Shown one piece after another: positions 29,704-40,500 of a stretch of 64,000 bases of DNA (position 1 is its first letter; each line of letters opens with the position of its first letter). Source of the stretch: Pelagomonas calceolata (Eukaryota). The notes below the pieces were generated by a model. It searched no databases. It was not told the origin of the DNA and saw only the letters and a program-made list of their open reading frames with translations. The DNA is taken from the NCBI GenBank assembly GCA_918797485.1, contig CAKKNE010000005.1, positions 1,240,001 through 1,304,000 on the forward strand, given 5' to 3'. Position numbers and translations under genes: made by a program.

Positions 29704-30351
29704 ATGGACATTGAAAGTGAGCCCCGGCGTTTTACGAAAGAAGGTCCCTTCCAGCCGATCGGGCGCCGCGCGCGGAATCCGCCGAAAAAAAGCAGGGACC
29801 GAGCCGCCGTCGCGCGAGACCCGCCCGACGGCGAGAGTGCGACCCGCCCGAGAGACCGCACGCACACGCGCGCCAACACACACCCAAACGCAGCCATCAA
29901 GGGCAAGATCGACGAGGTCCTCGTCAAGCTCCCCGAGCCCGCGCGCAAGAAGCTCGAGGAGATCGAGAAGACGACGGGCCAGCCGAAATCGCTGCTCGCC
30001 GGCGGCGGCGCCTTGTTCGGCCTCTTCCTCGTCTTCTTCCTCTGCCCGCCGCAGCTCGTCTTTTCGGCGGTGGGCGTGGGCTACCCGACCTACGCGTCGC
30101 TCAAGATGCTCGCCGAGGACAAGACGGAAGACGCGGCCATGTGGATCACGTACTGGTGCCTCTTCTCGCTGCTGAAGGTCGTGATGAATCCCCTGGACTT
30201 CATCCTCGGCTTCCTGCCCTTCTACTTCTACCTCAAGCTCGTCCTGCTGGTCTGGCTCTTCTCGCCGACGACGAAGGGCGCGGGCGTCGTCTACGAGAAG
30301 GTCGTGAAGCCCTTCGTCTTCCCGCTGTTGGTGGGGTCGAAGTCCGACTAG
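29704..30351 (+). CDS. REEP/DP1/Yop1 (TB2_DP1_HVA22) ER-shaping protein; probable intron 29717-29893
   Basis: VGVGYPTYASLK, WITYW, FLPFYFYLKLVLLVWLFSPTTKGAGVVYE; an in-frame GTGAGC..CGCAG intron gives MDIETIKGKIDE. Confidence 0.9.
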   Translation: MDIESEPRRFTKEGPFQPIGRRARNPPKKSRDRAAVARDPPDGESATRPRDRTHTRANTHPNAAIKGKIDEVLVKLPEPARKKLEEIEKTTGQPKSLLAGGGALFGLFLVFFLCPPQLVFSAVGVGYPTYASLKMLAEDKTEDAAMWITYWCLFSLLKVVMNPLDFILGFLPFYFYLKLVLLVWLFSPTTKGAGVVYEKVVKPFVFPLLVGSKSD

Positions 30352-30392
30352 ATTGATTGCAGCCCTCTTGTGTAACACCTCCGTACAGACAG

Positions 30393-31640
30393 TCACATTA
30401 GATTAGATGCGTCGATGGCGTGGAGGCGGACCACGAACGCGGCCGCGGCGGCGACGCGTGGGTCCTCGTCGTCGAGCGCCCGCCGCAAGTCAAGCAGCGC
30501 GTCTTGCGCGAGGCCGAAGGCCGCCGCCGTATCCCTCTTCGCCAAAGCCTTCGCCGCGAGCAGGCGCAGGTCCGCCCTTAATAAAGGTGTGGCCGCGCCG
30601 AGGCAGTCGTCGGCGAGGACCGCGAGCGCCCTGCCGAGCCGGTCGTCGACCAGACCTTTCGCCAGCGCCTCGGCGGCGGCGTCGACGGCGGGCGCGTCCA
30701 AGACTTTATTAGATGTACAGCGCACACAACCGCAGCGGAAGAGGAAGCCCGTATACAGCGCCGCGCGCCGCGCTTTGGCCGGCGCGAGCAGCGCGCGCGG
30801 TGACAAATAGGAGATGCGCACCTCATCACCCTCCTTCAAATCGCGGCCCAGGACGACGGACAACTGCCCTTGGCAAAACGACAACGACGCGTTCGGCGCG
30901 CAGTCGTGATTTAAGGCAGACGCGTCTTTGAATAGAGCCAAACCACCATCAATAGGAAACGCGTTGAAGCGGAGTCTCAGGTACAAGCGCTGCAGACGTT
31001 CAATATCTGACATACCACAAGCTCGAGAGCATACGGACGCAGCCACGTGGCTCCTGCGCCGTTCGTCCTCGTCGATGTCATGGAGGTGGTCTTCCAGTTG
31101 TCCAAGGTCGAGAGCGAGGCTCCTCACGCAAAGGCGGCAGACGTCCCAGTCCACGTCCTTCGCTATCGCCGCCGCCTCCCGGACGGCCGCGTCTCGCTCA
31201 TTGTCGGCCGGCAGCTCGGCTTGAGAAGCTAAAGCGACCTCGTCGATGGTGCGCCTCGCGTCGCTCTCGTCGCCGAGCGTCGTCGCGGCGGCGCTTTCCC
31301 GCAGCACGACGCAGCCGGCCGCCGCCGCCGCTCTTAGTATTACTTTGCGCTGGCCTTTTGCTCCCGTGATTTTTGCGACGTCGTCATCGGAGAGTTTCCA
31401 GGCCGTGCCTTTCTCGGTTTGCTGCAGCCAGGCGCCCGGGAGAGTCCGAAGGACCACGGGCATCGCTGCGGCGCGGCACGTGCAGCACTTGTAATACCTC
31501 TCGCAAACGTCGCAGCCGTCGTAGCCGTCGCACCGGCAGCAGTTATTTTCGGTGCACGTGCCCTGCGAGCCGTGCGTGTCTCGGACGCTGTATCTTTTGC
31601 CGCAGTACTGATGGCCGCACGCAGCGCACGGTGGCGGCAT
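30393..31640 (-). CDS. SET-domain (SMYD-like) methyltransferase with Cys-rich N-terminus
   Basis: FNAF..GLALF..ASALNHDCAPNA, GDEVRISYL, post-SET FLFRCGCVRC. Confidence 0.9.
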   Translation of the reverse strand: MPPPCAACGHQYCGKRYSVRDTHGSQGTCTENNCCRCDGYDGCDVCERYYKCCTCRAAAMPVVLRTLPGAWLQQTEKGTAWKLSDDDVAKITGAKGQRKVILRAAAAAGCVVLRESAAATTLGDESDARRTIDEVALASQAELPADNERDAAVREAAAIAKDVDWDVCRLCVRSLALDLGQLEDHLHDIDEDERRRSHVAASVCSRACGMSDIERLQRLYLRLRFNAFPIDGGLALFKDASALNHDCAPNASLSFCQGQLSVVLGRDLKEGDEVRISYLSPRALLAPAKARRAALYTGFLFRCGCVRCTSNKVLDAPAVDAAAEALAKGLVDDRLGRALAVLADDCLGAATPLLRADLRLLAAKALAKRDTAAAFGLAQDALLDLRRALDDEDPRVAAAAAFVVRLHAIDASNLM

Positions 31641-32163
31641 CCACGGCTGCAGTCCTCCTCTTCAGAGAGCAAGTGTGGGTAGCGCTGGTTTCGTCCGCTT
31701 CCCGCCCTGCAGCGATCAATGGCGCATCGATGGCGTGCGCTGCGGGCACAATACGATGGTCAGCGGCTCAGTGGGCACGCAGACGCTGTCGACGTAGAAA
31801 CCCGCGAGCTCAGAGGCTCGGGGCTTAATCGCTAGTGATTTAGCTTTAGCTTTGTCTTAGACTCTACAGCCTTAGTGGGCACGCAAGCCGCCGCAGGCAG
31901 CTAGCGTTGTAAGACACTAGAAACGAAAAGGCGCTGCCGCGCTGGGTAGAGACCACGCTTAAAATTCCGTTCCGGCAGCCTTTCAGAGCCGTTTCGGACC
32001 GCAGCAACACGTGCGAGCAGTCCCGACCCCTGCGAGCTCCCAGCACACAGTAGCACACTGCTTGGCTCTGCTCAGCGGTGCTGCGGCGCGCCGTACGCCA
32101 TCGACGCGAAGAGTTCAGAGACATCGAGGCTCCGAAAAGGACGCCACCGACGCGCCTGGGCGA

Positions 32164-33153
32164 ATGACGCGCCGCCAGAGCCGCCTCCTCGCCACGACGA
32201 CCCTCGCCGCGACGCTCCTCTGGTTGTTGATCGCGCCGGCACAGACATCGATGGAGCTCGCCGGCATTCGGGCTCTGGTCGACAACGAGATCGAGGTCGT
32301 CTACCAGGCACCCGCATCGACGCCGCGCGGCGTCCTGTTGATCCTGCACGGCTGCAGCCACCGCGCGACGGACGCCTGGCCGAAATCAGAAAAATGCCCG
32401 GAATGCACGGGTCTGCCGATCGAAACCAGAGTCGTCGCCGCAGCTCTCACTAGAAACTGGGCCGTCGCCGCCGTCACGTCCCACAACCGCCGGAGCGGCT
32501 GCTGGTCGCAGCGCGACGTCGATAGGATCGCCAAGGCCACGGGTTATGTACGACGAGTCACGAACGCGGGCCCGGCCACCGTCTCGCTCGGCGCGTCGTC
32601 GGGCGGGTCCATCGCCGTGCTCGTTCCTAATGCTGTTGCGTGCGTCGCCCAGATTATGGCAAGTCCATTGGAACTGGACGCGCGGCACCCTCCTGTGAGA
32701 TTCGTGCACATGGCCCGCGATACGCATCGCGCGGCGATGATCCACCATCAAGTCTCAACGCTGCGCGACCGCGGCGTCGACGCGGCCGAGTTGATTGTCG
32801 AGCCGGAGCCCCTGAGCGCCGATGCTTTATTTCGCCGCGGGGCCGGGCCCGGCGGCGCGGTGCTGCCCTCGCGCGAGATGGCGGAGCGGGCGTTCCAGGC
32901 GCTCCGCGACGGCGGCTTCGTCGACGCGGGTGGCATGCTCGTGGACGACCCGCGGCGCACGAACTGGCGCGACGCCGTGCGGCCCGTGGTCCCGGAGGCC
33001 GTCGACTCGCTCGTCGCCGACGCGTCGCCGGTCTCCGAAATTCTGAACGTGGCCTGGGCGCGGCACGAGTTCACGGACGCGCGCCTCGAGGAGAGCCTCG
33101 ATTGGCTCGGTGCGAAGGCTTCGTCGGCGGCGTCGCGGGGGGAGCTGGCGTAG
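32164..33153 (+). CDS. Secreted or membrane-anchored alpha/beta-hydrolase-fold protein
   Basis: GVLLILHGCSH..CPECTGLP.E, nucleophile LGASSGG, FVHMARD, LNVAWARHE. Confidence 0.8.
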   Translation: MTRRQSRLLATTTLAATLLWLLIAPAQTSMELAGIRALVDNEIEVVYQAPASTPRGVLLILHGCSHRATDAWPKSEKCPECTGLPIETRVVAAALTRNWAVAAVTSHNRRSGCWSQRDVDRIAKATGYVRRVTNAGPATVSLGASSGGSIAVLVPNAVACVAQIMASPLELDARHPPVRFVHMARDTHRAAMIHHQVSTLRDRGVDAAELIVEPEPLSADALFRRGAGPGGAVLPSREMAERAFQALRDGGFVDAGGMLVDDPRRTNWRDAVRPVVPEAVDSLVADASPVSEILNVAWARHEFTDARLEESLDWLGAKASSAASRGELA

Positions 33154-33275
33154 GTGTTTTGTATGAATCCTTATTTTTGCTAGTGTGTTACTGGAAGCTA
33201 GCCCGCTTTTTTTCGCGTGTTTTTTTGGCAGCTTTTTGGCCAGGATCGAGCATTGATAAGGCTCGATTGATAAGC

Positions 33276-34292
33276 ATGCGTGCGTTACTGCAGCGCACGC
33301 GACGCGCGCAGACAGTCGCGCATCGCTGTCGCAGCGTAACCGGCCCGTCGAGAGCCTTGGCAGCCACACAACGCAGAACAACGCTGCGCAGCGCAATACT
33401 GCGCCGCACAGCAGCGCTCCGCAGAACCAGCACCGATGCCACGCCGAAGAAAGAGAAGCCGCCGTCGTTCCACAGTGAAAAAGGGGGCGTCGTCGAAAAC
33501 ATGAAAACAAGCGCGACGCGCAACGCAGAAACTCTGCCGGCCCTCAACGACCTCGTGGGCCTCGCGGGCTTCGGGCTGATCACGGTGCAATGGTTGATGG
33601 ATGATGTATTGGTACTACGAAGCTTCGGCCTGGCGTCCTGTGCGTCGATGATTATCTTCAATCTCTGCCGCAAGCCGCCGGTGATGCTCCCGGTGTATTT
33701 CAACGTGCTTTTCATTGCGGTCAACGGGTACTTCGTCGCGCGAATCATGGATGAAAGAAGGGACATCGAGTTATGTGGCGACGCCGCCGCCCTGTGGGAT
33801 ACGGCACTCTCGGACTCGGGCTTACCGCGCAAAGGCGTGCAATTGCTGGTGGAGGCGGGTGACCTAGTATTGCTGCAGCCGGGCGAGATCCGCTCGCGGG
33901 AAGGCGCGCCGCGGCGGAATCGAGTCGCGATAATTCTCGAAGGTTCGGTGTCGGTGGATCTCTCCGGAGAGCACCTCGCAGACATACCCGTCGGCGACTG
34001 CGTCGGCGAGTTCGGCTACGTCAATAAGCGGGGCATCGACGACCCCGTCGAGCATGTGAGTACGTCGTGTGGCGGCAGCGCGGCCTGCCGTCTGATCTCG
34101 TGGGACTACGAAGAGCTCGACGCGCACGTCGCATCGCGACCGGATGCTAAACGCGCCCTCGAGCACTTTTTCGCCAAGAAGCTGCTGGAGAAGCTGGAGC
34201 ACATGAATGAGATGCACGTCCACGACCAGCAGCTCCTCCACCCAGGAGGACAAGGTCGCCTCTCCCGCTGGCGGCGATCGCTCCTCGGGTGA
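33276..34292 (+). CDS. Popeye-like membrane protein with cyclic-nucleotide-binding domain
   Basis: DDVLVLRSF..VYFNVLFIAVN TM helices followed by IILEGSVSV..GDCVGEFGY..LISWD; basic presequence. Confidence 0.75.
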   Translation: MRALLQRTRRAQTVAHRCRSVTGPSRALAATQRRTTLRSAILRRTAALRRTSTDATPKKEKPPSFHSEKGGVVENMKTSATRNAETLPALNDLVGLAGFGLITVQWLMDDVLVLRSFGLASCASMIIFNLCRKPPVMLPVYFNVLFIAVNGYFVARIMDERRDIELCGDAAALWDTALSDSGLPRKGVQLLVEAGDLVLLQPGEIRSREGAPRRNRVAIILEGSVSVDLSGEHLADIPVGDCVGEFGYVNKRGIDDPVEHVSTSCGGSAACRLISWDYEELDAHVASRPDAKRALEHFFAKKLLEKLEHMNEMHVHDQQLLHPGGQGRLSRWRRSLLG

Positions 34293-34326
34293 GTGTAAAT
34301 AGTGTGTGATTGTAGGACAACAACAT

Positions 34327-35919
34327 TTACTCGGAAAACTTGACGCGCTTGTTCGACGACGTGCGGCGCTTTTTCGCCGCCGCCGGCCGGAGCTCGAAGG
34401 GCGTCGGAGCCGGCGGCAGGTCCGACGGCCCGGAATCCTCCTCGTTCAATTCGACGCCAAAGGCTGCCGGGCGAACGAACGCGACACCTCCGGGCCGCGG
34501 CGCCGACGCTGTGGGTCCGCGGTCGTAGCGATGCCGCGCGAGCGCCATCTCGGCCGCGCGCCGGCCCGGCATGCGATACGAAGTAGGCCCGGTCGGCACG
34601 GCGACGTGGCCGAGGCCGACCGTGTCGTGTTTGGGCGCCACGAGCTCCCAGACGCGCACGTGGCCGTCGTCTGCCGGGGCGGGCGCGGCCGCCGGCCGTT
34701 CGTGGGCGAGGCGCTGTCGCAGGCGCCAGCGCTCCGCGTCGGAGGCGCCTGGAGGCGCGGTCGCAGCCGGCTCTTCGGGCGCGGCGGCCGCCGCCAGGCG
34801 CTGGCGCAGCCGCTCGCGCTCCGCGTCGATGTCGCGGCCCGCGCGCTCGATTAGCGCCCGCGCGTAGGCATCCGATGTGGTCGGCCGCGCGGAGACGACC
34901 GTGGCAACCGCGGGGGCCGGCGGCGCTGGAGGCGGCGGCGGCGGCGCGGGCGCGGGCGCCGTTCGCGCGCGGAGCTGAAACGTCGTCTTTCCGACGCGGA
35001 GCGTCGTCCCCACCTCAAGACGCGCCCCGCAGCCCCGCGGCACCGCCCGGTCCCCGACGGCGACGGCCTGACGTCTGGACGGTTCGGCCCAGGAGTTCTT
35101 CTGCCGCGTCCCCTCGCGCCGCACGTGCACCGTATGCAAATCCCCCGGCGCTGGCACGACCGCCGGCGCCACGACGCGGACGACGCAGGACGTGTCGCGC
35201 AGCTCGAGGTCGCCGCCGCGGCCGATGGTGCAGGGCAGCGCGACCACGTCGCCTCTTTTGGCGCCAGAAGAAGGCGTCGTCGTCGCCACGACGAGCTCGT
35301 ACGCCTCGGCCGCGTCCACCGCGCCGCCGGCCGCCGGAGTGACGCCTGCCAAGAGCGGCGGCGCCGGCCGACGGTGTGTGATGCGTCGATCAGTCACATT
35401 GCGGTTCCGCGCGGCGGCGCAGTACCCAGCGAGCGCGTAGCCGTCGCCCCGTCTCGAGGCGTAGGCCCGCAAGGTGGCGCCATTCGTGAGTTGGGCGTCG
35501 AGGCCCGCGTCGAGAGCCGTTGCGAGGTGAACGTGGCCGCAGCGCCTTGCTACATGAGCAGCACCGGTCGCGTCGGCCCCGCACACGAGCAGCGTCGCGG
35601 CCGCTTTCCAGGCGTTCGATTCACAGGCTTCGCGCAGCGCCTCCGGTGTTGCACCACCCACCCGGCACAACACGGCCACCGCGTCGCCGTCGTCGGCCCG
35701 CGCGGCATGCGCAACGAGACTTTGCGCAGCGCCGCGCGGCCAGCGCAGCAGCTCGTCCTCAAGCGCCTCGGCACCGCGCGCCAACGCTGCACGGCAGGCC
35801 GAAGCGGCCGCGGCAGCCGTGCTCCCATTCGACAGCGCTCCCATCTGTGCGGCATCCAGCGCTGCGGCGTCTCTCGCGCCACAGAAGGCATTGATGAGGG
35901 TCTCTTCGACCCAGGACAT
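34327..35919 (-). CDS. Protein with degenerate ankyrin repeats and FHA-like domain; possible intron 35068-35163
   Basis: LLVCGADA..AAHVARRCGHVHLA; LPCTIGRGG..ARLEVGTTLRVGKTTFQL. Confidence 0.6.
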   Translation of the reverse strand: MSWVEETLINAFCGARDAAALDAAQMGALSNGSTAAAAASACRAALARGAEALEDELLRWPRGAAQSLVAHAARADDGDAVAVLCRVGGATPEALREACESNAWKAAATLLVCGADATGAAHVARRCGHVHLATALDAGLDAQLTNGATLRAYASRRGDGYALAGYCAAARNRNVTDRRITHRRPAPPLLAGVTPAAGGAVDAAEAYELVVATTTPSSGAKRGDVVALPCTIGRGGDLELRDTSCVVRVVAPAVVPAPGDLHTVHVRREGTRQKNSWAEPSRRQAVAVGDRAVPRGCGARLEVGTTLRVGKTTFQLRARTAPAPAPPPPPPAPPAPAVATVVSARPTTSDAYARALIERAGRDIDAERERLRQRLAAAAAPEEPAATAPPGASDAERWRLRQRLAHERPAAAPAPADDGHVRVWELVAPKHDTVGLGHVAVPTGPTSYRMPGRRAAEMALARHRYDRGPTASAPRPGGVAFVRPAAFGVELNEEDSGPSDLPPAPTPFELRPAAAKKRRTSSNKRVKFSE

Positions 35920-36201
35920 GTTTCAGTTAGTCATCTTTTGCATTCATGCGCATGTGGCTATATCATTTAGCCACTTGTGCGGCCATTTCACGGCCTTTTG
36001 CCTGTGCTGCTTTGTTTCTAGTGCCTTTACAGCACGCTAGCTTGTGCGGGCGGCCGCTTTGTTTTGACCACATAGCTGCTCGAAATTGGCTTAGAGCAGT
36101 CAGCCCGAACGCTGCGTGCAAGCGTGCGCCAGTGCTGGCGCGAACGCAAGCCAGCAAACCAAGTTTGGTCACTCCTCTCACTGCCCCCAGCTGGCTCACA
36201 C

Positions 36202-37551
36202 ATGGCAACACGCCCAGCCGCTCTCGCAGCCGCGGCCGGCGTAGCGGTCGGCGTAGTGGTCGGAGCAGCGCTGTCGGCGCTGTGGCGAAGGCGTAAACGC
36301 GCCGCCGAGCAAGTGAACGAGAGCACAATCAGGCTGATGACGCGTGTGGCCATCGAGAGCGGCGCCGTCAATCTCAGCCAGGGGTTTCCGAACGAGCCGC
36401 CACCGCGCGAGATGGCGTGCGCGGCGGCCGGGGCACTCCTGTGCGGAGCGTCGGCTGATAGCGCCGCCGCTGCTGCCGCAACCCTCGAGGCGACGGGCCC
36501 GCGGGCTGAAGAAACCGACGCGCTCAACCAGTACTCGTTCCCTTACGGCGCACCTGAGCTTCGGCGAGCGGTGGCCAAGTACTACGCCCAGCGCTTCCCC
36601 GGGGCGTTCGCTTACGACGCTGACGAGAACATCACGATCGTCGCGGGCGCGACCGAGGGTTTTGCGGCGTGCATTCGCGCGCTGGCGGAGCCCGGCGACG
36701 TCATCGCGTTCTTTGAGCCCTGCCACGAGCTTTATCCCAGCCAGCTCGCGCTCTTCGGCATGCTGCCGCGAGCCGTAACGCTGACGGCTCACGAAACCGA
36801 CTGGTCGTTCGACGCCGCCGAGCTCGAAGCGGCGCTGCGAGGCGCGAGACTGTTCCTCTTCAACGACCCGCACAACCCAACGGGACATCGCTTCTCGTCG
36901 GCTGAGCGCCGCCTCATCGTGAAACTTTGCCGCAAGCACGGCGTCCTTATCGTCACCGATGAGATATACGAATGGATACTCTACGGTAGTGACATCGACG
37001 TCCACGAACCGCTCGCGGTGCTCGACCCCGAGAACGTGGTGATTGTGTCCTCTATCTCGAAGACGGCACGCGCGACGGGCTGGCGAATAGGGTGGGTCGT
37101 TGCGTCGGCGCCGAGAACCCAGCGCATACGAGCCGTACACGACCAGCTCGTCGCGTGTGTGGCCACACCGCTGCAGATAGGCGTCGCGCGCCTCCTGGAG
37201 ATGGACAAGGCACGGTTCGCGGATCTTCGGGGCGAGTACCAAACAAAGCGCGACGTGCTCGGGGCGGCGCTGTCGAAGGCCGGCTTCGACCTCGGCCCTG
37301 AACCAAAAGGGGCCTACTATTGGTTCGTCGGTTACAAAGGAGTGCCTCAGCTGCAGTCGTTGGACCCGCTGGCGGCCGCGATGATCATGACGCGAGAGTA
37401 CGGCGTCGCATGCGTGCCGGGGGACAATTTCTACGTGTCCGCGCGGCGGACTGATGCGGCGCACGGCCAGCGGTACCTGCGCTTCGCGTTCTGCCGGTCG
37501 CTCGGCGTGCTGCAAGCCGCGGGCGAGCGCCTGGCGGCGATGTCTGTTTAA
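36202..37551 (+). CDS. PLP-dependent class I/II aminotransferase (kynurenine/glutamine transaminase-like)
   Basis: AVNLSQGFPN, NQYS..GAPELR, GATEG, NDPHNPTG, TDEIYE, SISKT..TGWRIGW, LRFAFCR. Confidence 0.95.
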   Translation: MATRPAALAAAAGVAVGVVVGAALSALWRRRKRAAEQVNESTIRLMTRVAIESGAVNLSQGFPNEPPPREMACAAAGALLCGASADSAAAAAATLEATGPRAEETDALNQYSFPYGAPELRRAVAKYYAQRFPGAFAYDADENITIVAGATEGFAACIRALAEPGDVIAFFEPCHELYPSQLALFGMLPRAVTLTAHETDWSFDAAELEAALRGARLFLFNDPHNPTGHRFSSAERRLIVKLCRKHGVLIVTDEIYEWILYGSDIDVHEPLAVLDPENVVIVSSISKTARATGWRIGWVVASAPRTQRIRAVHDQLVACVATPLQIGVARLLEMDKARFADLRGEYQTKRDVLGAALSKAGFDLGPEPKGAYYWFVGYKGVPQLQSLDPLAAAMIMTREYGVACVPGDNFYVSARRTDAAHGQRYLRFAFCRSLGVLQAAGERLAAMSV

Positions 37552-37582
37552 GTACTGATGTAAGATACACACTAAAGTTAGA

Positions 37583-40500
37583 TTAACAGGCGTCCGCGTA
37601 CTCCGCTTCAGGAAACGCGCAGCGCACGAGCGGGTTCCCGGCCCAGGCCTGGTGCGCCTCGCCGCAGAGCCCGGCGAGGTGCGTCGCGCGGCCGGGCGCT
37701 TGAATCACAGTCCCGGCCGGTAACTGGGAGCCGGGCAGGACCTGGCCGTGGCGCGAGAGTCCCAAGTCGCAACCTCGACCGATGGACGTCGGCTTCATCG
37801 CCAGGTGCAGCATGGAGAAGTCGTGCGCGTACGTGGCTGCCGACGTCACCGTGCCATCGCCAATTTCGACCAGATCGGCCTCCGCCGCCCCTGCTAATAA
37901 AAGTGAAGGGTAGGGGTAGAACCGCACTCTTGATCCGAGCTTGAACCCTACACACGACGCATAGATCGAAGCGTACTCGTAGACGTGGCGCCACGCCCCG
38001 TCGACGGCCGGGCACCGGGCTAATTTTTGGACGCACGCCCATCTTAAATGCTGTCCGGAGCGTAGCGGCACTTTCGAGGTCTCCGTCGCTTTCCCAACCA
38101 CCAACCACTTGAACACGACATGCGTCAAGGGCTTGAGGGGGTCGGCCATCACTAGACACGCCACAAGTAATAAAACGAGGGCGGCGTTCCGCGACGCGAC
38201 CGTACTCAAAGTGAGCCACACCCGTAACAATGGCGTCGTGTGGGCCTCGTGGATCAAGGAAGCGACGCGCACTTCGTGGAGCGGTGGCGACCACGGGTAC
38301 CGCCCCACAAAACCAAGGGCCACCCATAACAGTATTCTAGGAGCCTGGACGGCGACGACATGACCTAATCTTTCGGTGGCGAACATGGCCAATGATGACG
38401 TGAAAGCCCAGCCCCACTCCGTCGACGCGTCCAATCGTTGGGGGCGCCACGCTAAGGTACACGGCTTTTGGGCGTCGCCGATGGCGACCCTGCCATCGGG
38501 TACTATTTCATGTGAACTGATGATGCTGTTCGCGCCCGTCGCGCCCTTTATCATGGAACCGGGCTGGAGCAAGGTGTTGGGCCCGACGAAGCAGCCGTCT
38601 CCTATCGTAACGCCGACTGCAGTAACGGTGGACCCTTCCACTTTGAGAGGCCGCAACGTCACGTGCGCCCCGAGGTAGCTATCCGAGCCGATCTCAATTA
38701 ACTCCGGCGCGTCGACGGCGCCGTGCAGTTCCGACAGGACGACGCCTTTCTGACCGACGGTCGCGCCGGCCCACCGCCACGCCACATTACATAAAGGCGT
38801 AAAGGAGAACGGCGCTTCGCAGGACGCGATGAACAATTTGCGCCAGAAGACGCGCGTCTCGTGCGTCGAGACGAAGAACCTCGACAGCGTATACGTCTTG
38901 CCCCTCTCCAGTTTTCTTTGTAGCATTCTCACAATCAATCCAAGCGCGCAGGGCTCTAAGATGCCTCTTAACAAAGCTGCCCCTAATACAGATAACCCAA
39001 AGACCACGGGTCGCCGTCGTAAGATAAGAGGCGCCCTCAGTAACAAACTGACGGCCGGCAGCGCACATATAAAGTGGACCAGCGGCATCAGCACCAAGAA
39101 TGTCAATAGAGGTAGGGGATACGCGTCCTTCCCGTCCGTACAACGGACTACCGTGTCCACGGCGACTCGATTCTCAGGAAAAGTAGCCGAGCGGGCCACG
39201 TAAGTCTGGCAGCCCGCACCAGCACAAACTTTTGCATCTTCAGAGATGTGGGCCCCGTGCCTCACCTCGGCACCGTCGCCTATTTTCACGTTGCTTTCAA
39301 TGCGGACGTGGCCCAACGTTATTACAGTAGTCGAGGTCAACGACGTCGTATCTACTGTAGCGTTCGGGGACATGACCACGCCGTCGCCGATCGTTAATAA
39401 GTCTCCGGGTGGGGCGTCCCAGGCGATGGGTCCTCGCAGGCAACATCTCGACCCGACGGAGCAGCCCATCGCGCGTAAAAACCAGATTTGTATGCAAGGC
39501 GGGAGCCACGGCGCATGCCACCAGAAGGCACTGAAGGATAAAGGTACCGCGCTTTGCCACAGGGCGTTCCTATAACCAATCGACGACTCCCAGATCGGGA
39601 ACCGACCCGCCCGTTGCCTTCCTACTACTATCCACTTTCCGACCGCGCACGCGAGGTGACACCCGAGACACCACAATACATAGTAGACCACGCCGGTGAT
39701 GCACAGCTCTATCGTAAACCTTGCGATAAATACATAGGAAGGAGTCCAGGCATGTAAACCTGTCGTAATGAACTCCAACCTTTGATCGCGAAGAAACGCG
39801 TTCCGCGGCAACCCAGGATAAGGTCGCGACGGCCTCGGGAGCTGCGCCTCGACCCATAAAGCGACCCTAGCACCAACTCGAGCCTCCAACACCCACATCT
39901 TCGGCGCGAGGCGCCACCTTGTAGGTAAGTAGTTTTCAAGCACGAACGCCGGCATGGCTCCGCAAACAGCGATCTGGGCTCCGACGATGCGAGCCAATAA
40001 AGTGAACCACAGCCGCCTCAGTAGACAGGGTTCCTCGAGGTCCTTGACGGGGATCTTATCTTCTGCCTTTGGCTCGTTAGCTTTCCCGACAGAAATTGCT
40101 CTTCTAGAAGCCGCCTTGAGCGTGATGTCTCCCAAGGTCTCCGCTCCTAAAACATCGGACACGGACCAGGCCTTGCCCGTCGCGTCCGACAGGTCCTTGA
40201 CGACGGCCATGGCGTCCAGCGAGTCCAAGCCTAGGGACGCTAGTCTTGTCTGGGGTTCGACCGTCGAAGCACAGTGCCGCTGCAACACGTCCAGGACGTC
40301 CGTAGAGCAGTCGGATTCTACGGAGGTGGGCACCAAAGACGCGACCTCGCCCAGCGTTTTGGCCCCGAGGACGTCGATCACAGAAAGACAAGCCCCAGTA
40401 ACGGCGTTGAGCTCCCGCACGCAGGCCATGGCGTCGAGCGAGTCCAAGCCTAACGTTTGTAGCGGTGTCGCTGCGGTCAACGACGAAACAGTAGTGTGCT

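Noticed and set aside
29717..29893. REEP intron as an introner
   Set aside because: No TSD or family TIR; looks like a conventional GT-AG intron.
32640..33275. N-terminal ~212 aa of the 550-aa ORF
   Set aside because: Off-frame overlap with the hydrolase gene and the promoter motif; ATG 33276 is the plausible start.
36196..37572. 458-aa antisense ORF and many other overlapping Arg/Ala/Pro-rich ORFs
   Set aside because: Shadow ORFs expected from high GC and codon bias opposite well-supported genes.
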